A stretch of 47,347 bases of DNA from Catajapyx aquilonaris (Eukaryota), in NCBI GenBank assembly GCA_000934665.2, contig KZ538791.1, positions 1 to 47,347 on the forward strand, in the 5' to 3' direction. A program made the translations under genes and the position numbers. The notes under the pieces are model-generated. The model was given only the letters and a program-made list of their open reading frames with translations, was not told where the DNA came from and ran no database searches. Of this stretch, positions 11,101 to 23,100 are shown piece after piece (the stretch's first letter is position 1; each line of letters opens with the position of its first letter).

Positions 11101-14100
11101 CTTCAGTGAAGGTGGGGCTGAGAAGTTGGCTGCTTACAAGAAGGTACATTGACATTCATTGAAACTAGTTCTGAGTTTTGCACCATGCAAATAAATTGTG
11201 ATGGTTGCCTAGAGTGTAACTTTGTGGAAAATAGTTGCAGTGGGGATTGTGGGTAGTGCAACACTGCTGTTTCAAACCTTAAATGGAACATACAGTAGTC
11301 TTACTTAAAGTTGGTTGCCGTTAGTCATTATTTGGTGATATCCCACGACTGTGAGTGGTAGAGACAATTAGGAAGAGAGGTGCAGCAATTTCCTACTGCT
11401 TTTTATAATTGTATATCAAGAACCTGCTTCATTTTGCCACCCAATCATTTTGGTTGAAGTTGTTCCTAGTTGTGAAATCACTTTTTCCTATCTAGAATCT
11501 TGAATTACAAAAATGTGGGCTTCAAAGTTGCCTCTTTTTTTAGTGATAGTATTTAGTTCAATATGTGTTGTTCTTCAGGGTCTTGGAAGCAAGCCTGGTT
11601 TCATTGCTCCTGCTGAAAGCCTGGAAAAATCACTACAAGTGGGTGTTGGAACAGGCTTGCTTGAATTTGCCCGCACACCTGTAGGCCATCGAAATAGCTT
11701 ACCCGATCTTCCAAGACTAGATACTGTTGATGCTGTTGATGGTGAAGTGGACATGGAGCGACCCTTAGTTTCTGAAGAAATAGTCAGTGAAGAATGTGCA
11801 GGTAGATATTGGTGGATTGCATATGCACCTATTCCTATTAATGTGACTTATTTTAGATCCAACTACAATGGCTAGTGTGACAGAAGAGAGCATTACAGAC
11901 GAGGAGAAAGAACAGAGGCTAGCCACTGAAATGGGTGCAACTGTAGCTGAGGTCTTACAAGATCAGTTCTCATTATCAACTCGACCGTTTCTAGAGGCTA
12001 TATTTAATGCACTGGAATGCTCAGAAAATGACTATGCTGCATTGTTTGGACTATGTTTACTTTATGCAGTTGGACACAATCCAGGTATCCTTTTTTGTAG
12101 CTTATGAACTTGGGATAATTACGTCAGCTCAGCTTTTTTTCAAAATCTTGCACTGAAACCACATTTCCCTTTTCCTCATCCATGCATCCATGGCACGTAG
12201 AGGGTAGGCAGTTTGTCAGTCACTGTCAATGTTTGCTGTCAGTTTGAAGTATGCTGTAACAAGTTCAAAAATGCAAGTTTGTATTTTAGGGATCCAGCAA
12301 GAAATACTGGATGCAGCACTTATGCCAACTGATCGCTCCGAAAACAAGCATTGCTATAACAAGCAGTTAGTGGAGGAGCTTATCACAATCATCACCACCA
12401 GCTGCCATTATGGTATGTTGATGTAAATAATTGACATTAAGAATGGTACTTACACCCTATTCGCAGCTAGTAAAGTTCGATTGGTAACATTGGAGATGGC
12501 ATCACTACTCTTGAAACAGCTAGTCTTTAAGAATGGTTGCAGTTACTTGCAAGATAGTCATCTTGCTGCCATTGAAGGTGCTCGAGAGGAGAGCATCCTG
12601 TTGTTGCGCAGTTTCTACAAGGTGAGTGAGACTGATATCTAGTTAATATCTGTATGTAGGAAGTACCCGATTTACGCAGCTCCATTTTAACCCTTTATCT
12701 CATGCTATCCCGAAAATCAGGGCAACGAAAAAAATCGCTGCATCTGGAGTGTCAAGGTCATGATGTTGATGACTGAGATGTCGTGGGAATCATTACAGTA
12801 TCAGACTCGTGTGACAAATATTTGGTGTTTTTAAGTCAATGACTTGGTTATAAAATGTTGATGCAAAAAAAAATCGCAAATTTTGAATTTCGCGCCATTA
12901 CCTAGCTCTTAGAAGTGCAATAATGCTTATATGGAGTGAAAAACTGTTTGCATGCATGACTCAGGTTCTCTTCTAGACAACACATCAGTTTGACATGTTT
13001 AGGTCCAGCTATAAGACAGTAAAAAAAATAGCCTGAGGATTGGTTACGTTTGCCTGCACTCATCCGATTAGATGCAGCGTTGCCTTATATTTCCTTCCTT
13101 ATGCTAAAATAACCCATGAAAACATTTTGGAGTTGACGCTGGTAATTATTGGCATCATTTAGTTACACTATGGTGAAAAACAAGGCATAACAAATTAGAA
13201 AAAACCCAATGACATGGCAGCCAGCTTTGATATGGATTCTATCAATGTGTGTGGTTTTTTTTAAATAAATTTGCTACCCCATGCTGGAGCCATTGGCTCC
13301 CTTAGGGGGGTGGAATACCACCATTTTTTCTTTCGTATTCTTCTCTCCGGTGCAGGGATCAGGATAGGGATTTATGAGGAGGGGACACATGTGCAAGTGT
13401 GTTGTCTTTATGTTGGGGGTCGTGTGCAGTCCCCCAGGGGGCCAGGTTGCAAGACAACCCCCAAGGTGCGGGTCAGAGACCCTCGCCGACACCGCACCTC
13501 CCCATGGATGGGCCAAGGATAGGAAAGGGAGGAAGCGGCTGTGGCCTATTGTTTACCGAAGCGACCCCGGAAGTTTCCTGGGAGGACCGTGGGAAACCAC
13601 AGAAAACCACGGTCAGGATCGCCGACCCTGGTACTCGAACCCAGGACCTCCCAATTAGCAGTCGGATGCCTTAACCCCTCCAGCAACCGGCTTCGGTAGA
13701 TTCTATCAATTATTATTATGCCGTAATTTCTAAAGGATCTGTTACAACTTTGCCATTGGGTCACAAACGATAGGATCATTACGACTGATATCGTGTTTGA
13801 GCAGCTCCCTGTCTGGCAGCCATCTTGTATCCAATAGTGGGATCTTAATGATCGAGTGTACCGAGCAGGAAAGACCACGGTGGTTAATGCAAGCCTGTTC
13901 TTGTGTTTGCAGCCAGCGTTTTGACCTCCATTGGTAGCAAATACCTGATGCTGCGGGTCAGTTTCCGTCCTTCCCAGCCAACATAGACCTATGCACATCA
14001 CGTTCGAATTCGAACATGCCCAAACAGAGATCAAGCTGAATTGTGCTTTTCTCTGTTTTCTCTTCTTGCGTGGTTCGCCAGATTTTCTTTATTAACCCTT

Positions 14101-17100
14101 TGTCTTCCGCACGATTTTGAACTCTTTGGGTGGTGGTTTAAAAAGAGCGCCCTAGGTGAAAATCGCTGGATATGGCACCATAGGTTTCGCACTCATGCAC
14201 AAGAGGGGGCTGAACATTGCGAGATATACCCACCTACGCTACATATCGAGAGAGGGCAGCAACCACCTCATAAACTATGCCCAAGACGGTGACGTCATCC
14301 TATTGCGTCACCTGCTTGGTTTTTCAAAGGCGGCTTATACCCTCTAAGAAATCCAAGAAAATTCTATATGGTTGCCCAGTCTCTCTGATGAATTATGAAA
14401 ACATTCAGTGTCCGTTAAAATTTTTTTAAAGGTCCGATTTAAAAGGAAGTAATGTGATCCACCAGGTGCAAAAAAAGCTGGCTCAGGTGGCAAGAGGGCA
14501 ACACCCAGGGCTTCGAGCAGTCCGCCTGGCCAATTAGGTGCGAGGATGCTTTTTACGACCAAAATGGCGCCTGGGGAGATTGCCTACCCTTCACAGATTG
14601 TTCTGATTTTTTTCCCCCTGCGAAAAGTAAGTCGCAGAATTTCGAGATTTTTAAAAATGGGTTTCAGCTGGACGTCCACATACCGGAAAGCAAGCGGGAG
14701 GGAGCTGTGGGTATTTAATTTCATGCAGTAAGTGTTTGTTTCAGGTTGTTTTAAATGAATGAAACCTTTGGCCTATGACATAGTGCCATTAAAAATATCA
14801 TGCGAGTGGCGTAAATACTCATTAACATAGAAATTATGAACATTTACTAAGGCTATGGTGAAAGAAATTTCCGTTGGGGTTATACCAGTGAATTTTAAAA
14901 AAATATTTTGTTTGGAGACAAATGGTTAATGAAAAAATGCAATAGAGGTCGCCCCATGGCCACTTGTCAATGCCAGCAGTGGTTTGAAGGCTGACTTTGA
15001 TGCAGGAAAAAAAGACGGGGGACTCATCCAGATGTGGCCGATGACAAGGCGCTGATTTAAAATATAATATAACCCCACGAAATTCCTTATGGTGGTAGAT
15101 AGAGGGTAAAGCTGTTTCACATTAATGCCGGTTTTAAAATTACATTTGGAATTTTTTTTATCGAAAATTTTTGAACAATTTGAAGATAACACAATCTAAA
15201 TATAAACACATCACTGTAACACTTCTGAGTCCAAACACACAACCATAAAGGCTCTTCTTTTAATTTTCGTGGTGCCTTGTGGCAGGTTCTATCGATATAT
15301 AATATACAGTACCATATTGTTGGTCTCGGCACTGCCTGCAGTACTCTAACCATTGTTAAATACCAAACGTGTACTGCAGTTCTTTCCAAAATAAGGAAAG
15401 GAGCCTTCAGAAGCTGATGGCCCTCAACCTGGAACCTCCCATTATTTTTTTTTATTATTTTTTTTTATTTAGTTTACCCCGTGATGACCCTTATGGGTGC
15501 TATAGGGGGGTGGCATACCACCATCAGTTTTCTGTATATATTTTCTGCTTCATTCTCCAGTGCAGGGAAACAGGGACAATGGGAAAGGATAGGGATTTTT
15601 GGGGAGGGAACATGGGTGCTAGGTGCAATGTCGTAGCTAATGGGTCATGTGCTGTTCCCCAGGAGGTTAGGTTGCCAGACACCTCCTTGGTGCAGGTCAG
15701 AGACCCTCCTGACGCAGGTGAAAGGAAAGTTCCCCAGGCGGGGATCGAACCTGGGGCCTTTCACTCAGCAAGCCGAGACGTTACCATCACGGCCACCACA
15801 CCTCCCCGGAACCTCCCATTAATCAATGTTTCAAATATTCTGCATTAAAAACAGCAATGCCTATGGAAAATTTTGGGAAATTTTGGAACCTATCTCATTT
15901 ACTTCCATTATAATATTGTCTTGTTTTACGCCAATTCACTTTACGCCGCGTTTTGCTGGAACCAATTAGCGGTGTAAAATGGGTACTTCCTGTATTGTAC
16001 ACTCAAACCCTAATGAGACGAACTTCAGGATCCAAAATATGAGTATTTCATCTTAAGTTGGGTTGTGCTATCAGATCCATGCCAATTTTTGCAAACACTG
16101 GCTGGCAAATTGGAAGGGTAGAGAAGTCAAGAAAGTAGCTTGGAAGGAGTCACACATGAACCCAGTGTTAGACCACGAAACTTCCTCTTTGGTGCATCAT
16201 ATTTTACTGTAGTTGTAATGTAATTTGTTTGACATTTCAGAGCGAAGAAATTTTTTTGGATATGTTTGAAGATGAGTATAATGAAATGAGAAAGCGTCCA
16301 TTGAATGTTGAGTGTTTGATGATGGACTCCAGTGTGCTCTTACCTCCTGCTGGAACTCCTCTGACTGGTGTTGAATTCAACAAAAGGCTTCCATGTGGAG
16401 AAGTAGAACGTGCACACCGTGCAATACGAGTATTCTTTCTTATTCGAGACCTTTCACTGACGTTGCGAATGGATCCAGAAAAGCAGCTCCCACTTACTAA
16501 CCCCCAAGCTTGCATTCAAGTAAACGACGTGCTAGATCTGAGTAAGTAGCATTTTAAAAAATTATCTTGTTACCGAATACGAATTGAACCTAATTTCAGA
16601 CAATAGTGACCTCTTGGCCTGCACCGTCATATCCAAAGATGGCCAGAAAATCAAACGGTTTCTGGTCATTGATGTCATTCAACTGATCCTTGTTGAGCCA
16701 GACACCAAGAGAGTTGGGTGGGGAGTGGCCAAGTTTGTGGGCTTCCTCCAAGACATTGAAGTGACTGGGGATAAGGATGACTCAAGATGCCTTCATGTGA
16801 CCATCCATCGGTCCCCCAGTGGCACTTCAGGTACCCCCAGTCGGGGCCCTGTCCTCTCTGCCAAATTTATATTTGATGACCACATCCGTTGTATGGCAGC
16901 GAAGCAACGGCTCAGTAAGGGGCGTTTAAAAGCACGCCAGAAGAAGATGCACTTGATTGCCCGCCTGTTGGAAATGCCATGTCACATCCAGCCATGCCCA
17001 TCACCTCCGTCATATACACTCAACAGCCTGAGACTGGAAGCCTCGCAAAGTACTAGGTCGTTCGACAAATAACAGGACTGAGTTTATTGCAGGTTATTTG

Positions 17101-20100
17101 TAAATTGCAGTAATATACAAATGGAGTTCATTTTACCAAAGCTAAAAAATTAGCCACGCATAGGAAAGTTAACCATTTTCTTTGATATTTCCCACAAAGC
17201 AAACATGCTTGCAACTGTGGATAGTTGAACAGACCAATAGTGCAAGCCTATTTTGTTTCAAATGTCTGTGCAGGTTCTTTGGGATGGTTAATTCTTCATT
17301 TTCCATAAGGAAAGTAATGTTCATTTTCTTTAAAACATGATATAATAATTTTGCATTTTTCCCCACTTGGAAGAAGGACAACTCATAATTTAGTATTACC
17401 TTATTCCACAAGTAAGTTCCATTTGGGAATAAATATTAAAGAGTTATTTCCTTCATAATTCAACACGGGCACATGATAGTGCCAAACCGTGGCACCATAT
17501 TCTGTAAGCTAATGTGTCATGAAGGTCATGCAAGGTCTGAACTGTACGTTTTGGAGGATGCTCAAAGATGTCTCACTTTAACTGTAGGAGAAGGCCACAC
17601 AGCAATGCCTGAGTGAAAATGGTAGTTCATGCTTGATTCTAACTCAAATTCTTGAAAATTTAAAGTGGTAGGCTACTAGAAAAACCCTCGCTTCACTCAC
17701 TTTTTTCTAGGCCTATGGCCTGTGGTGGAGACCTTGTTGATGCCTATCCAACAACCATCTGCATCATATTCCTCCCTCTCCCCTTCCCCCCCCCCCCCNC
17801 CAGCCCCCCCTCCGTAAAGGTACGCTAGTTGTGCCAACTGTGTCAACTCAACCTTTTGTGGCTGTCAACAACCCTGCCAGTTGGCACAACTGAAAACTAA
17901 CAATACAATCCGGGAAATTCTGGTGCTTTCACAGGTGGGAAGTATGGTCTTCGAGGCACCCACCTGCACTCAATTTCTTTCAGTGAAGTGTCCAAATGTT
18001 ACTCTGCCGGCAAATATAATCGAACGGGAAAGAGGTGGGATGAAAACCTCCGCATTCAAATCATGGGTACTCCGGCAGTTCTAATGCAGTTCGATTAAAT
18101 ATAGTATAATTCGAAAGGCCATGCATTTCTACACTCGCGCATACATCCATTTTTAAATAACCAGCAACTGATTTGGTGCCCAGTCCCAGCAAAGGGTGGA
18201 CAGGTGTGGGTGGAGAAGGGGGGAGGGTTGAGGTGACAGGAGAGACAAACCATAACCTTCACCCGCCAGCGGCCAACATGCATCTGAATGGGTCCTCCAC
18301 CTACTGCGCATGAGTAGAATGCGGGCCAATAGGAAGCAGTCATGGTAACAATATGCGGTGGGCCAATCAGAAGGCTTGCACGAACATTGCCACTACGAGC
18401 TTAATAATATAGATACTTGAGAACATCTAATGGAGTGACATTCACTTGTTTCACCACCTCTAGAAAATTTTTGCCAGGCAAGCCTATGGAATGACCAAGG
18501 GACTATTTTGCAGCAAGAGTGCTCGACCTGTGCTTGCAAAATATGGTACCACTCCTTGAAAAGTGTTCGTTTGCAGTGGTAGCTAAAGATTTGTCCTATC
18601 ACGTGGCTATGTTGAGTTTGGTGGATAATTATTTTTAAACGTGTCAAGATCAAATGGTACTGGTACTGACTTTTGGAATTACCCAATACATTAACTATTT
18701 TGACCATGGTTTAGACCCAGTTGCAATGTTTCATTTTTTAAATTTTATTTTTTAACGTATAGAAGCACTTCCTTACATGCTCAATATAGTCAACTAAGTA
18801 CCTGAGAGAATAGTGTAGTAGAACTCTAACAAAGAGATGCAGGCTCTCAAGAGTTTTGTCATTAGTGTTTGTTTTTGGTGGGAGACTCATGAGTTCAGCA
18901 TTTGTGTTGTGGAGTTGACATAGAGGCATAGAATTAACAATTAGCAATTAACCTGTATCACGGGGTTTAGTAATTGTATGACCACAAGTATACCACCCAA
19001 TTCTGTGGGTGACAAGAAGTGAACAATGCGGAGGAACAATATGGCGTGCAGGCCTGCATGTGTGAGAAAAACTTGTGGAGAGTGACACTTTTTTTTACCA
19101 TATGTCGGGTAGGGACATTGCCTCAGTCCAGCATTGAAGTGACCCCTCGCAATTATGTTGATTCATTGTTCACCCTTACTAATGTACTGCATGCCTATGT
19201 CCTCAGTTGCAACCCATTTCAATTTCCTATCTTTCACTTATAGACACTATCAACCATCTAATCACTGCAAGTCTTAGCTTGAAAAGCATTTTTATACACA
19301 AATGGCCCTTGAGGAATGCTATAATACTTCAATTTGGAATAATTTATTAATGGAAACTGATATTGATAGATGTTGATACGTCATGGTTTCTTGACTACCG
19401 TGGTCTTGTGTAGTACTGATCTCCCATGGAGAAAGGTTCCTAATACAATGTGTTTGCCTCACTTATTGTAGACATCGGTAAACCCCTTTTCAACATTTGA
19501 GTTTGTCCATTTGTGTTTTGATAAGAGGGAAGTACCTAATGAGCCTGATAGAGGTGCCTAGAATGGCAATGAAATTTTATGCTCATGCACTTGCTTCTCC
19601 TAAAAGAAGAAATAGACAAAACTGATGAGTTTTTTCACTGATGCAGTGTGATTACCAGTATTATGGACTTGGCTGAAACAGCCTAGGTTTTTAACACAAG
19701 TGTGATGGATTGACAAGTATATGTTTATGGCCTGATGTGAAGTTCTATGAAGGGATGCAGTTGGACTGTGTCAATGTACATATTTTCATCAACCCTACTT
19801 CCAAATGAATCTGAATTCTAAAAATATATGCACTGAGCATTGTGAGAAATTAACATGCAGCTAAGAAGGTGTTAACAACTTCTATTACTGACTGTAAGAT
19901 ATAATTATGCAGACCCATATGACTTTTGGAAATGTATCAGTGTTGCAGTCTTTAAAATGATTTCCTGATTTTGTGAAGATTAATCAAGATGTGTCTGCAT
20001 GCAGTGAGAACTGGAATTTTTGTGGATTTATGGGTAGGAAGATACATCTGGATTTGACTTGTGTGGACTGGATGGGAGAAGTTGATCTAATTGGAAGCTA

Positions 20101-23100
20101 CCTGTTCGTAGAACTCAGCACATTTTAAGTGATCATAATAGTGCATTTTTCAATTATCATTGCGGTATTATTGAGTGATAATAAATTGCATCACCATACA
20201 CGTGTTGGATTCGATAATAGTTACCTGCATTTCTACATGTCACAGAAGTTTTGGTACTGGTACATGGAAATATAGCATGTGGAAATTATATGAAATGTAC
20301 ACCAATTTTGTCAATCATTTTAAATTCTATTGTAAAATCATTAGATTCACTCAAAGTGTCACTTTTTAAAACTGCATAAAGAGAACCATAGTTTATGGAA
20401 GCAGTTAATTTCTTTGAGGATGAGGGAGAACTTATGATAGTTTTTGTGGAACTTGTTGCACTGTTGTGGGTCTGGGATACCACTTGTTTATTGTGTTTCT
20501 TTATTTTCCCGATCAAACAATGGCATGAGTAAACTTGTGGCCTCTTCTGAAGCAGTGAAATCATGAGCATATATTCAAGTTAACAACAGGGAAAGGGATT
20601 TCCAGTTATTACTGCCAATTCTCAGAGGTGATCAAGTAACTCGATGATTGGATAAACTTGTAGTATTGTTATTTACAAATAACTTGAAGTTTATACGTGT
20701 AGATACTATGGAGGACTAACATGACACCTTTTTCCCACACTGGTTTTACTTTTGTAGGACGGGCATTGAGGTCCGGGAGCCGCGAGTTGAGCAACAGTGA
20801 GACCCAAAACAGTCCACAGCACCGACCACTCTTCACAGTGAACAAGGTGCCTGGGTTTGCCACAGCTGTGCGGAAGGACTGGCGGAACCATGAAAGGGAA
20901 GGCTCAACTGACAGCAATTGCTCAGGGAAGCCTGCTGACCTGCTTGGTGAGTAACCATTTGGCAAGAATGTGCATGCATCTAGCAGCTCTTTTTCAATGA
21001 TACAGAACGAAGAGCATCACGCCCACAGTCTTCAGGCAGCTCGACTGGGAGCCCCAAGTCTCGGGAAGGTTCTCCCCGTCTTCCAAGGCCTCGGAGTGAA
21101 GAAATTCCACTTGAGGATATGTCTATTGCTCCAAACCAGTCAGACACTGTTCCAGTAAATAACAATACTGCTGTCAAGGTGAGAAACTGAGAAAGCAAAT
21201 GGACTGTTCACACAGTTTTGCACCATTGCAGATGCAAGGCCATCGCCAACTGTGTAGGCTTAAAGGCGCTACCCTCAGCTAGGCTCTTCGAGTAAGATGC
21301 TAACTTGTACTTCAGTTTTGGTGGAGGGGTAGTTACAGGCTGACAATATATTATTTTGATGAAACATTGTTGGTTAAAGACTTGGATGGATAGGAGGAAC
21401 CTAAATTTTTTCACGATAATTGTGATGTGGACCATATGTAGGGGGCAGATATTGAATGTACTGGCAATCTGGGGATGGATCATGGATAAAAACTGGAAAA
21501 TCATAAGTTATGTTTTATTGAATAGTTAGACATTTTATTTTATAAACAAATGCAGGACAGAATAATATGTGGAATAATATATGTGGAAAAGTGATGTGGC
21601 TGGAGGCAGGGAAAGGAGCTGTACAGGTGGACTTTGGGCCAGCTAGATATAATGTGAACTAAATTGGAGTCCATGGGCATATGAGACTTTAATGAGCTAT
21701 AGAATTATTGCCACTTTTATTTCTTCTTCACAACCATGTCTGCCGACATTTGGCTGACTTTTGTACAGTGAAAACCTTGGTGAAAACTGTACTGCGGAAT
21801 CGCACGGGACCCCAAAAATTTTCCGTAATGGATAGGTTTCCGCTATATTCAGACAGTTTTTAAGGAAATTCATAGCTCTCCCATATAACACTGCTGGTAA
21901 TTTTGTAAGATTGGAAACTGGGGTACAAAAACTAGAAGTAAGACTGCTCAGACAAGTAGTGAAATTTGTAAACGCAATACTGGAGCTGTCCAATGAAACA
22001 TTGGTGCATGGATATTTTTCTAGGGCAATTAACAACAGATCTAGGGGCAGAAAGCACATTTGTAACCTGGGTGACACAAATCAGTAACCTGTTGAGGAAG
22101 TATGAGATTGCGGAATTAGGTCTCAATAAAATCATCTAGCTAAATTACAAGTGAATGCGGCTGCTAAATGTGTAACGGATGACATGACCAAACTGCAAAG
22201 CTCAGAACTGTACAAATTCTAGATGAAATCAGACCAACAGAGGAATCAGAAAATTATATGAACTGGAGCCTTCCTTTGCCGATCACTAGACTAGTCTACA
22301 ACTTAGGAATAATTCCCCTTCACTCTGGATTAAAGGAACGACTATGCAGAGCCGTGTTATTTGTGCAACTTAGGCGCTCCCTTTTCAGTCCATCATCTGT
22401 TAACAGAATGTGTCCAAACTCGCTCGCTTAGAAATAAATTCTTATCATGCTTTCCGCTTGTCCGTCCTGATAGAACTCATTGGTTTTTTGTATCACTAAC
22501 TAGGGAGACTGCTTTTCTATTATACTGTTTCTTCACTGGCACAACACACACTCTGGATTTATGTGAAATGTAATAGGGTAATGTATATATAGATTATGAT
22601 TTATTGTTATGTTCTGTATGGCTATTGAGATATTTGGATCCTTTTTCTCTGTATTAAACATTCTGTATTGGGTTGGGTTTTGTATGGGGTGGAGGTCCCC
22701 ATAAAGGGCCTTTATGGCCAAGTACGGGGTAAACCAAATAAATATAAATAAAAATATTCAGATCAAGGACATTACTGATATTTTTTGCCGATGAGAAAGA
22801 GAGGAAAATGGGAGCGCAAAAATCAGCACCTTGCCTCAATACGGTGCAAAATCAGTCCATAGTTCCATACAGTAGCATTTTTATGGAATAGTCTGTTTTC
22901 CTGGCGTACCGCAAATCTAAAAAATGGCAGTTTCGTTGCTGTTGAAAATGTCCTTGGAATATCCCAAACAAATGCTTCCCACCTTCCCACCTTCTCCTTC
23001 CAATTTTCTACTTTGAGATTCACGACACTTACATCACCACACACTGTTTTCCACTAAATTCTGTGCTTGTTACGGAAACTTTCCAACCACCCGTACCCAT

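Larger units (their letters stand above)
12657..15992. mobile_element. Tigger-like element acting as outer shell of a nested TE cluster in CLEC16A intron 10
   Basis: aggaagtacccgatttacgc (12658-) vs gtgtaaaatgggtacttcctg+TA (-15992); tttacgc subterminal motifs at both ends. Confidence 0.6.

Noticed and set aside
13615..13698. tRNA-Ser(GCT)-like sequence on the minus strand (also near 3425-3506 and 44845-44926)
   Set aside because: No long variable arm, imperfect stems, continues into a SINE body and is bounded by TSDs; a SINE head, not a tRNA gene.
13546..14034. 162-aa minus-strand ORF and other 60-160 aa ORFs lying in repeats or antisense to exons
   Set aside because: They cross TE boundaries or mirror real exons; no recognisable domains.
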